Shown here piece after piece: positions 15,135-28,926 of a stretch of DNA of 64,000 nucleotides. The position numbers were made by a program, and so were the translations under genes. Origin of the DNA: Lytechinus pictus (lineage: Eukaryota); assembly GCF_037042905.1 (NCBI RefSeq), contig NC_087247.1, positions 67,394,001 to 67,458,000 on the forward strand, in the 5' to 3' direction. The notes beneath the pieces were generated by a model, which had not been told where the DNA came from, did no database searches, and saw nothing but the letters and a program-made list of their open reading frames with translations. The first letter of the stretch is position 1. Every line of letters begins with the position of its first letter.

Positions 15135-15691
15135 GAGCACTTTTAGAAATGTATGTCCACATAGTGGACTAGTACGAGATGACGTCATTTTTTGGCGTTC
15201 CATATGCCTCAGGTCCTCACACATGTCCACTATCAGAATCGAGAACCTGACGTCATTTTGACCGTTCAAGCCCAGCATGAAGATCAACCTTTCCCTTTTA
15301 AAACACAGTTTTCAGTGACTTTTCACAAAATTAATGTAAGTTGTACGATGCATTATGTTTATCATATTTGGAATTGCTTTCTGACCTCCAAAATTTATAT
15401 CGATATATATCCTAACTCGAGTAAAAAGGAATCAAAGCAAGTGAAAGGGCACGTGTGCACAAGTTGCACTTTCGCATCACCCGACCGGGTCGCCAGGCGA
15501 TGGTACGCCAGATCTTCCGGGACGGGCAGCGTGTCATGACCCGCTGGTTATCGCGCTGATTCACGTGGACGTACGTACACGTACAAGTCGAGTGAAATCT
15601 AAAGTATTCGCAATTGTAGTGAACAAGGGTAGACGACGACGTTGACTCAAATGATCAGACGACTGCTACGTCGTTCTCGTTCACTGCTCCT
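15135..15691. mobile_element. Probable non-autonomous transposon fragment
   Basis: CpG-rich block in an AT-rich intron, repeated tgacgtcatttt motif, right end cgtcgttctcgttcactgctccta resembling a TIR end. Boundaries approximate. Confidence 0.4.
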
Positions 15692-18600
15692 AAAACTCTC
15701 CAATATTGGGTTTAGAACAAAAGATTGGTGTTCTTATTGCTCAAGGCTTTCTTTTCATGTGAGAATGAATTTATGAATAAACTGCAGTGTACTTCTGTTC
15801 ATGTAAATGAAATGTTTCTACATTGTCACATTTGGGCCATCTACAAGAAGGTTCGTTTCCCTATTTCAAACATTTCAACTGTCTTTTTACTCAGTGTCTC
15901 CCAAATAAATGGCTCTGGAAAAGAGTATAATGTAATTAGCATTTAAAACACGGATAACCTTAAGGGGTTATGAGGAGTTTACTGTAAAAAAAGAGAGTTG
16001 CTTTTGGCAAGGAAAAAACTTGATGATCCTGAATGTAGATAGTTGTCATATGAAGTATGACAGTTATCATCACAAGCTAGAAGGCAATGTACATTTTCCT
16101 GTTTTGTAAATATTATTCCTACTTTGTAGGTTCAGAAGACCTGCATGGAAGGGCATTTCAAAGTACAGATCTGGGTAAATTGGAGAGCCATAATCTTATC
16201 AACACGCAATCTTTAAGAGCCAAGTCGAAACATTTACATTCGAGATTGCTCTAAAATTTGTCAAGTGAGTGACAATTGCAGAGAAAGAACGATTTTTGTT
16301 TCCTTCTCAAGAAGTTGTAATTAAGTTTGTGGTTAATGGCTCATCATCACGCTCACTTGGCAATGTGGAAACCAAGATGAATAATTCATTCACTTTGTCT
16401 TATTTATCAGGTCAGTCGCCCTAGATCTGTGAGAAAGAGCTTGATATGCTCTTGACATTTCAGTCGTGCTTACTGATTTCACCCCCATTTTTGAGCAGTG
16501 ATTATTTATTAATTTGATTGTTTATATAAGGAAGACCTGAAGGTTTTGTTTACATTTAATTTTTGAAATTTTACCATTATAGTCTCAAACTCTAAAATTG
16601 AGTAATGAGGTAATGAGTCGGACGTAATTTAATGGTCACTATTTATCCTTAGAATAGATACTGAAAACTTTTAGATTAGAAAACTTGAATACTGCATTTA
16701 GATTGAAGGACTTCCACTGGTTAATAATGACTATTTTTAAGCAAATGTATTAAAGGAACATAGACTTAAAGTTAATGAAAATTGGAAAAATGAAGAAAAA
16801 AAAGAAAATAAGAAATCTAGTAGTAGGCAAAAAAGAAAATAAGTTTGTTTGCTGTAATCCAACTGGCCCCAGTTAAATCTAACTTTTATTTTTTCCCTTT
16901 TTTTGCCTTCATCTTTTTTTTTTTACTGGTGAGTAATGATGTGTTAGAAATTGTGAGCAGAGGGCTCTATCGAGTGTTTTGCCAGAACCCTCAATCTCCA
17001 GTTGACGTGTATCCTTCGAATACGTACATTTATGTACTGCTGCTACGATGCAGTTTCGAATTTCGCGCGAAAAGTCACCCCACTGAGAGCAATCCCATAG
17101 CAACGAGATCGCTTTACGTGAAGTGATTTTGAAAACCACTTTTGGGTGATCAAATGGGAATGTTAGCAAACCAAACTGGTTTCCTGAACTGGTTTCCAGT
17201 AAACTAGTTTAAGAAAGGGTAATGAGAACAGGGTCATAGTAAATGTAATCCTTGAAATGTGTCTGATTGATGCATTGTGGGATAGAAGGAAGAACCCTAT
17301 TCTGGGTTTCGTTGGTTGGTGGCTATAAAGATGGCTGTATTGGCGGATATAGATAGAATGAAGGAACTAAAGAAAGGAAAAAAAATGGAGAGTACAAGTA
17401 GGGGTGAAAGAGAGATATAGAGACGAAAATCGGGGGGGGGGGGGTGGTGGCTACATTAAGGATTTTGTCATTCCCTTTAATAAGATATGGAAGGATAGGT
17501 TTAGAATTAGAAGTACAATGAATTAAGGAAATATATGGGATGCTAAAAACAAAAGCAGAACATGAGAAGTGACAGGAGATATTGGCGGTATTAGCAAAAT
17601 TATTTTACCAGCATGAAACAGTATGAAAATACGAAAGATATTTATAAGGAGTGTATTTGCTTGAGACCCTTTTTACATGAAGTGACACTGCAAGAGAGCT
17701 AGACCAAATTACTGTGCTCTGGAATGCAATATTGTGCATTTACATGGCACAGTACTTATGACACAAAGAAATCAGCTTAGGTTCAAGAAAAACATTCATG
17801 AGGGCTCTGGACAATTTTGCCCAAAATGCTCCAAAGAGCATTGGAGAAACTATCAGTGCAGTGTTTAAGCTTATCCAATGTTATATATTAATATGTGAAC
17901 AGTATAGCCCCTGAGAATAACAAAAATCATCATTTTGGTTGCTGAGGTTAGTTCAGTATCCTATATCAGTTTCATTTTTAGGAGCACTATACGAGGGTTG
18001 AAACGTCATTTTACACACACAGAGATGTTGCAATGCTACGTTCTTTATTTTAGATTTGAAGAAAGGTGGTTGAAATTAAGGACATTTTTTTTATTAACAG
18101 TTGCATGATTACGATTTCTTTTCATATTTTTTGTGATGGTTGTATGGTTACTACCCATTTTAGCAGATACAAAATCCTGAATTGACCTGCAGTCATACAT
18201 AATTAGATTGTTTGATCAATATTTCAATGAGAAGTGCGCTGTTATGAACAAGAATGATAAATGAAGGGACAAATAGAGAGAGATGAAATAAAGGCTTCCA
18301 ATTTGTTATTTTTTCAATGAGCAATGTACATGGGAGAAAATTACTGTTTTTTTAAAAAGAAACTTTGCTTTACTATGATTATCATCATGATTAGAAAGTT
18401 CAGTAGAAAATGTGATTTGTATGTCATTTTAATCTGACAGAGTTTGTGTTCTTGAATATTTATTCCTGACAGAAAATGGAAAGAATGTGAATGGGTTATG
18501 ATTTATGAATAGGCGTGTTCTAAATTTGCATTTTTTTTGTGCTTGAAAAGAAAATTAATGAGCTAAATTGCATCTCGTGAATTAAATGTTATGGTACATG

Positions 18601-19007
18601 CAGACCTGCCAACCAGTACGTTTTTGGCGTATTTAGTACGTTTTTGCAAACAAAGTACGGCAGTACGTTTTTTTCTTTGAAAAATACTTTTTTGTAAAAA
18701 TATTTTTTTTACAAAATCGTAATTTATTGAGAAAAATCATCTCTATATGTCTCTATTTCATAAAATTTACACAAATATTGTTATTAGATCAATGTAATTT
18801 CAGGTTTAAAACTAGGGTGAGATAAACACGTTTCAATGTTTTTTTTTTCATCTGCAAGAGCAGTGCGCATTTTAGCTTGCATGCAGCTTGAGCGCCGCGA
18901 TGAGCGAGTGCGCCATGCATTTTATTAAGAAATACACTTTTGGGGGGAAAAATTCAGTTTTTTGATCACCGAATACAATTTTTCATTCCCAGAGGTTGGC
19001 AGGTCTG
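18601..19007 (+). mobile_element. MITE with 14-bp TIR and 6-bp TSD (copy 1)
   Basis: Perfect TIRs CAGACCTGCCAACC and GGTTGGCAGGTCTG; TSD tacatg on both sides; closely similar copy at 26742-27171. Confidence 0.92.
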
Positions 19008-19240
19008 TACATGTAGCAAGCAAATCACTACAACGAGGTATAATAATTTGAATAATAAGGAGCATATGGAGTTAGCATCATGTTCCATACCAATCTCATA
19101 AAAATGACAATCTTTTCCATTGTTAGTTCTTTGTAGATTTATTATTTTTATTCATTGGGGGGGAGGGACTTAACATTATTTTTAATAAGGGTTTTACTTT
19201 CTTGTAACTTGGCGATTTTTTAAGACTTACATTACAAATT

Positions 19241-19715
19241 AGGTGGTTTCAGACCGCCTCGAAGTTCGTCAGTTCCAGGTATTCTCTGATCGGGAAATTT
19301 ACCCCGATCAGAAAATACCAGGTATTTTGGTAATGTGAAAGCAAACTACGCGTAATTTCCCCGAAAGAAAATACCTGCTAAATAGTAGGTACTTGGCGAA
19401 ATTACAAGAACTTTCGCGGGGATTTTTCCAAGGTCGCAGGTATTTTGGCGATGTGAAAGCAAATTACGGGAACTTTTAGCCCAGCGTGTCTTTGGGTGCG
19501 GCGCCGTGGGTGGCTGCTGGGCTAGTAGTTTTGAATCTCGCGCCTTGCCTGCTTATTAGACCATACCGCGCATGCTCCTAACTTCAGGAATTTATCCCGA
19601 AGTGTATGTTTCGGGGCGGTCTGAATGCAGGAATAATTAATGGGTATTTTTTAGCCTAAAAATGTTCTCGTAATTTAACGGGGATTCTTGTGATCGAGGC
19701 GGTTTGAAACCACCT
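19241..19715. mobile_element. PIF/Harbinger-like MITE
   Basis: TIRs aggtggtttcagaccgcctcga and tcgaggcggtttgaaaccacct; 3-bp TSD ATT; internal repeats caggtattttgg..atgtgaaagcaaa. Confidence 0.85.
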
Positions 19716-20227
19716 ATTGAGTCAGTTTAAGAACACCCCCATTAATAATGAAGTGGGATAGTGACAGCACTCTTGGGGGATTTACATTTACCAAAACTTG
19801 TAGGTAATAAAAAAAGTCTGAGCATCAAGCAAGACTTTATAAGTGAAGGGAGAACTAGTAGTTCCGAGGTGATCTGGATGAAGATAGTATATAGTTGGAG
19901 AAAGATGGCATACATCCTACATTAAACAAGTTTTAAATAATTCCAGATCAGCTGTGAATTGTGACCAACTGAATGTTGAATTTATTTTCAATCCCAAGGA
20001 TTGACTTTTAATTGGCAAAAGATTATTAAAAATGTAATCCTTTAAAGAATTAATAGTTGATCCCTAGGATTAGAAATGAATCCAATGTTAAGCTGGTCAC
20101 TGTTCACAGCCAATCATCATTTATGTTAAATCCTTAAAATTTAGGGTATATTCATTCATTATGATATCAGGATATAAGTGAAATGTAATTGTTAGTAAGT
20201 GATTGGTTTGGTTTTCTTTCATTGCAG

Positions 20228-20360
20228 GGCATGGGCCAAATAAACAATGACTTGTCCATAACAAGTCCAAGTGGTTCAGTTTCTCCACATACCAAACCGG
20301 GCTCACCTTATATGTATAACCGCAGGCGGTCTTCACTAATGCCCGATCCTCCTTCTCTAA
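20228..20360 (+). CDS. TCF12: E-protein coding exon GMGQINNDLSITSPSGSVSPHTKPGSPYMYNRRRSSLMPDPPSL
   Basis: Acceptor ttttctttcattgcag, donor A|gtaagt; 133 nt, phase 0->1. Matches the TCF4 segment LSPTKPGSQYYQY...PRRRPLH. Lies within ORF 20189..20575. Confidence 0.9.
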
Positions 20361-20441
20361 GTAAGTATAATCAATATCATATTCTCATGAATAATAATTA
20401 TTTCTTGTTGCAGTCATTCAAATCTATTCAAAATAGAGAGT

Positions 20442-20614
20442 ACAGAAGAGCGTTTCATGAAAGAACTCATAGGACGTTTTATCCAACAAGTTTTGTTTTG
20501 TCCGACAATTACCATAGGAACAATGCTTCTCAGCCATCGAAATCAAGGAAAATTGTCAGATCTGAGTTCATCTGACAACTTGTCAGATGAAAATGTTGAT
20601 GAAATGTCCCCAGG
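20442..20614. mobile_element. Short degenerate palindromic MITE
   Basis: Ends gagcgtttcatgaa and ttgatgaaatgtccccagg; internal inverted ttgtcagat/atctgacaa motifs. Confidence 0.45.
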
Positions 20615-21944
20615 TGTAATTAACTCATACTAGCTTCACAATCGCTAAGCAGGAACTTGTCCAATTTTTCCTGCAGTTAAAGTACTTATAATCGAGGGAA
20701 GATTTATCTTTATTAGTTTGATAGATTAAGCAATCCATTACTCCCCTCTCTTTGTTGCACCTATTCATTCATCATAAATGATCAGTGACCTCTTCAACAG
20801 TTTAGCTACCAGCATATTGCATATTGCACAAACCTTAAATTTGATGTGTAAGTCAAAACTGCCTTCCAATGATGGAGATACATAATTCAGAGCATCTAGG
20901 TCTTTCCCATGAATCTTATTCCTTTGACACTTGCATAAGTCATTATAAAAGATAGTGGGAAACAATCTATACTCTCCACTCCTTTTAAGATACCATTTGA
21001 TTTCATAAACAAGGTGTTGATATTTGATAATACTATAAATGAATGACTATTCTGGAGAAAAAAGAAGAAAACAATTTGAAAGTGAAAAAGAGAGAGAAAG
21101 AACGATAGAGAGAGATTGAAGGGAGAGAGAGAGTGAAAGGGAGAGATAGAGTGCCGACGAGAGAGAATGAGATTTATATTTGAGAGATTTTCAGTAATAG
21201 AGGCCATTTATAAAGAGTGATTGATCCTAAATGCATAGCGTAGGATGAAGATAAAGGAAAAGTACTTGGAACAGGTGCATAGAATAATCAACGGTTTCCC
21301 CCTTCCTGCTACCACACAGTCATTAAGAATGGTGCTATATAGTAGACTGTTCAATATTTTAAATATTCAAGGATGGACACAAAAGCTGAATTCTTCAGGC
21401 TTTGGTGAACTGAAAGACAAATCAATTTTTGCACATCCATGAAAAAAATGTTATATGCTGACATTTCTCCTGTAAACGCGATGAGCTATAAAGCGATAGT
21501 GAAGTGTTGCTTTTTTGAGTAGTTAGATAAGTCAACAAATAACTGACAAATAAAATATCTCCTATGTTTACTGATCTTTCCTGCTTCCAGCCTGCTCCCT
21601 TACCCTATATTCCCTTATAAATTATGTTTAAATATGTGTCAGCCACTGAGTTTTGATTAGATTAAAGTATCCTGAATCTGATAATTCCTATTTTCACTTC
21701 AAGCATTTTTCTTTTAAAAAGGAAGAAAGTACAATGAAAAAGGGCCAACACCATCTTCTATCTGATGAGTTTGCCAAGAATATTGACATTTTTGTCTATA
21801 CTGTAACTGTAGAGGGCACTCTTCAAGAAATGATGAGCTGAAAAACTTCTCATCTTGTCTGCTCAGCCTTTGCAAATGAAATTATTGCTTATTTTGGCCA
21901 GCCAAACTGAGTTTGTTCTTCTTGTTTTGCTTTTCCTTTTTCAG

Positions 21945-21976
21945 CGCACAAGAGAAGGAAAGCTCCCGGAATGTCG
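21945..21976 (+). CDS. TCF12: E-protein small coding exon (T)HKRRKAPGMS, basic NLS half
   Basis: Long polypyrimidine tract plus ttttcag acceptor, donor TCG|gtaagt; 32 nt, phase 1->0. Homologous to TKKVRKVPPGLPSS of TCF4/TCF12. Confidence 0.88.
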
Positions 21977-23180
21977 GTAAGTGCATTTTCCACATGTTTG
22001 GGATCGCTTCCCATGTAATATATGGGTGTAGAAAGTGGTGTGAGATGCATCAATGCGTATATTTAGCACTGTGTGTTTAGTGTTGTTTATAAGACTTGTG
22101 TTGAGCTAAAGAAAGAGTTTTCCAGTGTTGACAGGGTTGCAGTGTAGAGGGCAGTAAATCTTTCATGTTTATATTGTGATTTCCTTATCTGAAAATCATT
22201 GTAAATGCTCCTGGCTCACTGTTAGTTTTTTTGTTGAAGTTTAAAAAATAAATACTGCTGATAGAAAGATAGTTTGGGCCTTTGATCAATTATTGATTGT
22301 TATTCCAAGGAGAAGTTACTTGATATTGGAAATATTTCTTTGCTATATTATGTAGAAATTGATCACACCTTCCTTTATCCATTTGCCATGCATTAAAAAA
22401 AAAACCTTGATTAGTTGGTCAGGAATAATTGATTGTAGCCTGGTCAGGCAGGATGAACGCTTATTGCGATTGAATAGGTGTAGTGTTTAGTCCCAGTGGA
22501 TGAAATGTAGTAGGGTTAGAGATAATGGGATGAGACGAGGTTTGTGGAATGTTAGGATTGTACCCTGATGATGAACTCACTCACACTCCCTCTCTCTCTC
22601 TCTCTCTACACACACTCACTTTCCCACACACCCACCCATACACCCCACACACATTATTTCCTAGCCTAGTTTCAGCCGCTTTGTGTATTCCCCTTTTCAA
22701 AACGAATCATTTTCATTGATTACAGGGAACTGATAGGCAATTCCTGGGTTGAATAGATTTGTAACATGACAAAGTAATTGAGTGTATTCCTTTTTTGTGA
22801 TTTTATTATCAACCATATAATTATTCTGGATTTAAACTTAAATAAATAGATTCACCGTATAAATATATAGATTTTTAGTGCATGATTTTTATAGACTAAA
22901 GGCTGAAGCATATTTTCCATTTAATTCATTATAACATGTAAAATTAGGACTCATTAAAAACTTGTTTTCAAAACTATCTTTACTAAGTATTTGTACATAT
23001 AGCTTTGCACCCTAAATTGATTCTGAGAGAATGATAATCACAACAATTATTTTGATATTGATTCTCAATAACTTTTCTCTCAATGTCACCTAAGCATTAT
23101 AACCATTTGCTAGTTCTAGTACAAATATGGCAGGAAAAGCTTATTACCATGATTACTATTGTTGAATTTTATTGTATATA

Positions 23181-24428
23181 CAGTACCAGTCAAAAGTATG
23201 GGTACACCGGCAAACAGAACTGATTTTTACAATAATTTATAATTTATTCACTTATGCTCCTCAAACAGTGACAATTTAGTATAAAAATAAAGGGTAATTA
23301 TCAGGCTTCAAACTGACTTTATTTTGAAGATGAAAAATCATTTCAGAAAGCACTCAGACATGTCCAAAGACCCCCCCTCTCTCTCTCTCTCTCTCTCTCA
23401 ACCTGTCAATTTAAATCAAATGAGGATTTTTGTCATTTTGTGTTTTTAGGGTTGACTCTGTGCGTTTCATAATATTTTATTGGTTTTTAGTGAAGAATCT
23501 TTCAAAAGAAAGAACATGAGAGTAAACTGAAGGTTATGACATGGCCTTCATTGTCACCCGATCTGTATCCTATTATGGGATGAACTTGACAGAATTGTAA
23601 AGGCAAAGCAGCCAACTTCAGCTGAGCATCTTTGGGAACTCCTCTACAGAGGCCTGGGAGAACATCTCGCCAGACTTCAAGAAACTATTCAACCGAATGC
23701 CATGTGTTTGTCATGCTATTATAAAAGCCAGAGGTGGATTCTTTGAGGAATCAAAGTTTTAAGGAAGGTGTATCCTTGTCAAGAAAGTCAGATAATGCAG
23801 ATACAGAAATAACATTTTTTGTTTACAAGGTACTGTGTTTGTACTCTGTGTCTGGTCTCATTTCGATTTCAATTATCACAATCGTTTTCTCTTTTATTAT
23901 TTTGTATTCACCAAAAAGATATGCTTAACTTCAGGAACATTTTGTATTGTATTATTGAATTATTAAAGATAAAATGTAAGAAGAAAAATGAAAAAACAAA
24001 AGACTTTAAACCTTTGACTGGTAAGTTTTGAAAATATGAAAATGCTCAATTATTTCACCATTAGGATTTCTTAGCTTGCTTCAGAAGTGATGTTTGTTGT
24101 TTACTGATCAATTAATGTTGAAAGATTCTGCACTTAAAACCAATAAAATAGTATGAAACGCACAGAGTCAACCCTAAAAACACAACCTGACAAAAATCCT
24201 CATTTGACTTAAATTGACAGCTTGAGAGAGAGGGGTCTTTGGACACGACCGAGTGCTTTCTGAAATGATTTTACATCTTCAAAATATAGCCAGTTTGAAG
24301 CCTGATATTTACCCTTTAATTTGATACTAAATTGTCACTGTGTTTGAGGAACATAAGTTAATAAATTGTAATTGATTGTAAAAAATCAGTTCTGATTACA
24401 GGTGTACCCAAACTTTTGACTGGTACAG
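23181..24428 (+). mobile_element. Internally deleted Tc1-family transposon with long (~310-325 bp) inverted repeats
   Basis: TA|CAGTACCAGTCAAAAGT left end and acttttgactggtacag right end; inverted repeats at about 23181-23505 and 24118-24428; transposase remnant inside. Confidence 0.92.
23503..23762 (+). pseudogene. Tc1 transposase C-terminal remnant (frameshifted)
   Basis: Reads QKKEHESKLKVMTWPSLSPDLYPI / WDELDRIVKAKQPTSAEHLWELL / EAWENISPDFKKLFNRMPCVCHAIIKARGGFFEESKF*, matching the Tc1 WPxxSPDLNPIExxW ... RMPRxCxAVIxAxGG motifs. Confidence 0.9.
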
Positions 24429-25145
24429 GATGTGTAAAATCTTAACATTCACATGTTTCCATAGACCATATAGTGGAAGTTTGTAGCAGAATTGCATGTA
24501 CATTTTGAAAATGGTGTGGTAGCACTACAGTAAGGTGTTACATTTCCTGTGGTAAAATAATCCAGCTCAAATGCACATTTTTGCAAATAACGTTGTCTCC
24601 TGTCTCTGTTATTTATTTGAGCTACAACATTTTGTGATGTTTGATGTACCGGTATGTGCTGAAACTAGCTAGTGAAATTTATGTTGTTGCCAATATCAAG
24701 CCATTAATGCTTATACTTCCGAGTTTGACTTTTCTTGCGATTGTGTACTAATACAACTAAGGCAACTTATCAATTTGCTTGTATGCTTTGTTCTTACATT
24801 CTACTTAAATACAGTATGGATGTTGAGGAAGAGATAGAGTAGCTAGGAAAGACACAATTTCGACATTAACATTAGGTTTTCACTACTGTGGGGATAGTAT
24901 TAACACAAAGCAATACTAATGTATCCCCTTTTCCATATTTTGTAAGCGCAAAAAGAAAAAAAAAATGACTTTAAAAATTGTTATATGAGGCAAAGATTTA
25001 GATTTTTTGCCAGGGATACGTTTTTGATCGGTTTATTGGTAATAGAACCATCCTGGAACTGTGTGAGGACCGGGAGCTGCCTTGATATTATCCTGATCCC
25101 TGACCAGCCATTATTAATTCCATTCTTACCCAAAATTCAACTATA

Positions 25146-27400
25146 GGGTGATTCCATACGTGTCGTACGGGACATTTAGAGAACATTTGACAGTTTTTTT
25201 ACAAGAAAAACAAAAATATTCCAGTAAATAAAGGTGATCATCAGGTACTACCAGAGTGTTAGAAAAACCAAGACTTAACATGACTTGAATCCACATCCTG
25301 TATAATACAGATTTAAAATAGTAATGTGTCGTACGGACGCAGAAAAAGTGGCTTTTTTAGAAACCTCAAGTTTGTACTCTAAAGTCTGTGAGTTGGACAG
25401 ATAATTTTCATAGAAACTGAACTCAAATTGATATTCAATTACCCAAGAACAAACACATCTATGAAAGAAAGCAAAATAAACATTCATGAATAAATAAAGC
25501 AAATTAAAATTTTCGAGAACATTGTGGCGTACGGGACACTCAAAATGTGTCGTACGGGACATTTCTAAATTGAAGCCAAACTTTCTTACTTTATGTCTCT
25601 TTGACTTCTTCAATCACTTTATTTGGCTGATGATAATGATAATCCTATCAAACTAAAGACATTCATTATGTTAGAAACCGCTATTGGCTGAATATTTCTG
25701 TCGATATATCATAAACAAAATAATGTGTCATACGGGACACTTGTGTGTTGTACAGGCACTTGCGTGTTGTACTGGGCAGCCTGAATAAAACAATGAACTT
25801 TTTATCAATCAGAAGGGGAGCATTGCCCCTAAATTCTTCCTTTTTAATGAAAAGTCTTTTAATAAGTAGTCATTCAGGACAATATAATTAAGTAACCTCA
25901 ATATATACAATCAGGAGCAATATATTATCATTTTTTCCTGATGGGAAATGTACAATGGTTCACAGCATTTTTACGAGCTGGAAAACTTGAGGTTTTGTGT
26001 GAAGTTATGTATTAGTGAATTAATTGATTATTTCCAATACACTATTCAAACAATGAATGAATGAAACTGTTTGTGTAAATTATGGGGCTAAAATGTTATA
26101 ATTTTTCATATAGAATGTATATATACGTGATATAATTATGTTACAACTGTCACCTGTAATTCCACAATATGTTTTTTTTTCTAAAGAAATGCGATTCTAC
26201 TTTTTCAAACCTTTCTGCATTTCATGAAACCATATGGTTTGTCTTATTTTCCAGATTTTTTTTTGAACAACATGGTTTGTCTTATTTTCCAGATTTTGTT
26301 TTACAACTTGAAAAAGTAAGGAGTTTCAATACTGTATAAAAAAAAATTAGTGATCATCATGGGAAGTCCAAATAGATGATTGATAGGTACATTTTTTTTT
26401 TTACATCTTATAATAATTTCACATTAGCATGCAAGAGGAAGTAATCTTCCAGGCTAGGGTGAAACAATTATAAAGGTTTTCTTTTCATGCTCAATGACAA
26501 AGAAATTAACCTGCTCTGACCAGTGAAAATCACCAGTTTAGCTGAAGGGATTCACAAAAGAATACGCCTACATGAAGTCAATTAAAATGGTTAGAATCAC
26601 CTATTTCATGTTCTATGGAATTTAAAAAAAAGTACTTTTTCAGTTCACTTTATGTCAAATCAATTACCTAAATTAAAATAGGCCTACTATTTATAGTTTC
26701 TGAATCCAAATCCTGCAATTAAATGCATTGTGTGTCATACGCAGACCTGCCAACCAGTACGTTTTAGCCGTATTTAGTACGTTTTTGCAACCAAAATACG
26801 GCAGTACGTTTTTTCTTTGAAAAATATGTTGTTTTTTTTAATACTAAATCGTAATTTATTGAGAAAAATAATCTCTATATGTCTCTATTTCATAAAACGT
26901 ATACAAATATGGTTATTAGATCAATGTTATTTCAGGTAACTTGTTTTTTTTTCCAATCATTTTGTTAAAACCAGGGTGACGATATACACATGTTTTAATG
27001 TTTTTTTTTTCATCTGCAAGAGCAGTGCGCATTTTAGCTTGCATGCAGCTTGAGCGCCGCGATGAGCGAGTGCGCCAAGCATTTTATTATGAAATACACT
27101 TTTTTTGGGGAAAAATACAGTGTTTTTTATCACAGAATACAGTTTTTCATTCCCAGAGGTTGGCAGGTCTGCGTACGGGACAACTTTTAATAGGACAATT
27201 ATTGAAAAATGAAGGGCAGTAATTAGATCCTTATGGGATAAATCGATCACCCATGGTCAAAGATAGAGAAACTGATATTGTGAAATTGCATCATCAAAAA
27301 TAAAATTATAGGAAAAACTTTTGCATTTTCATGTGTAGTACGGGACATTGCCAAAAATAGGTTCGGATAAAGCAGGGCTGCCCCCATTATGGATCATGAA
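25146..27400 (+). mobile_element. Probable DNA transposon remnant with dispersed gtgtcgtacgggaca subterminal repeats
   Basis: About nine same-orientation copies of the motif between 25160 and 27350; left end gggtgattcc; right boundary not resolved. Hosts the MITE at 26742. Confidence 0.5.
26742..27171 (+). mobile_element. MITE with 14-bp TIR and 6-bp TSD (copy 2), nested
   Basis: Same TIRs as 18601-19007; TSD catacg/cgtacg; interrupts a gtgtcgtacgggaca motif. Confidence 0.92.
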
Positions 27401-28716
27401 AATGTTGTAGATATTATTTGGAACCATCAATTATACATTATTCCATTGACCCGCAATATTTTCAACCTTCTCGTGCTTTGCCAATAATCGTTTCAGGCAG
27501 TGTTTGTACTTGACTATTTAATTAGCAAAATTATTGAAAATGGAAAATTCCATTGTTTCCCCCCAAAAAAACTACCGGTATTCTTATTTTTTAAATAAAG
27601 GCTCTCCAAACACTTGTTAAACTAATTACAGGATATAAGGATGTGCCAACTTGTTTTACGAAAATCAGATCTCTGTAGCCTTGGGAAAACTATAGCAATT
27701 TAGTTTTTTTTTTGGTTTCAATTACATAGTGTGATATCACAAATGCATATAATGAGGATGTATTATTGAAAACAAGCTTGATGTTGACTGTACTCAACAT
27801 TTCTACTGAAATCATTATAGGGAATCCAACTCATTATATCACGGGTGCTCAGGTGCTGTTTTTTTCCTAATTGGTAACGACAGACCCTGCATAATTAAAT
27901 GTTGGATTACAATTTTCTCTCTATCTATCCCTCTCTCTCTATCCAATTAACTTGCTATGAAGATTTCTTCCGTGCTTTGATCAGAAGCCAATCCTAGCAT
28001 CATGATTGCTTTTGGTTGCTCAGTAAAGAACAATTCAGTTATGCGGTCTGCTGAAATGAGACTTTATAAGTGAGAGAAAAAGTAGGAAAACTTTTCCTTT
28101 GTCTTCTTGTTGCTTTAACATTAATCTCTTATAAAGTACATTCTATACGGTAGATATGTGTTGATTTTGTGCCAGGCATGTTGATGTCTGAAGACGAATT
28201 ATTCATCTGAATATTTGTAAAAGGGGTGATTTTATGTATTTGATTTTCTTTTTTTTTTCCTTTGCTTTTTGACTATCATGTTTGTATATTATTGACATTC
28301 ACATTCCTGATTTGGCAGACTGTTTACATAATGACAGGCAGAGTCATTTCAATATGTACACACTTAAAATAAGCATTTATTGAAGTTAGTCTGCATGAAT
28401 TTGATTTCCACTTGTAATTGTACCAATTCAAAAATCACAGTTGATTTTATAGATAAAAGGTGTGGGTAGTACCAGATTTCAGAATAAAACAAGGCCAACA
28501 AGTAAATTTGAACCTTGGATCATAAATGTGATGGTACTTGTTAGAAGCTGAGGAGGTTGTTGTTATGCAATAACTCTTTAAGAGCAAACCTAGTAATGTT
28601 GTATTACTAATCATCCTCATACTATACCCACCAGCTTCTTTATCAAATCACTTCATCAGGATAGCTGATCCTAGAATAAAAAAGAGTATACGATTTAATA
28701 AAAAAGAAAGGTAGTG

Positions 28717-28851
28717 ATTGGCTTATATCAGACATGAAGTGTAGCTGACTGACCGAGAACAAGATAGAGTTATTATGTATCACTCTATAAACTGGCTTCC
28801 AGACCAATTGGATTGATTGTTGATTATAGTGTGTTCACATATCTTTGGATC
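28717..28851 (+). promoter_or_regulatory. Candidate intronic promoter for the alternative first exon
   Basis: ATTGG (inverted CCAAT) at 28717-28721, AGATAG near 28762, TATAAA at 28786-28791 and ATG at 28852; spacing is typical of a TATA promoter. Confidence 0.45.
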
Positions 28852-28926
28852 ATGTGGTATGGAAATAGTTGCTCAGAGATGGATCAATCAATGTGTATAT
28901 CATTGCAACAGCTTCCTACGATGTCT
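28852..28926 (+). CDS. Candidate alternative first coding exon (E-Alt-like), MWYGNSCSEMDQSMCISLQQLPTMS
   Basis: ATG-initiated 25-codon open frame ending at TCT|gtaagt in phase 0, compatible with the VYSP exon at 39833. Preceded by inverted CCAAT and TATAAA. Same intron as the vertebrate HEBAlt/E2-2Alt exons. Confidence 0.6.
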
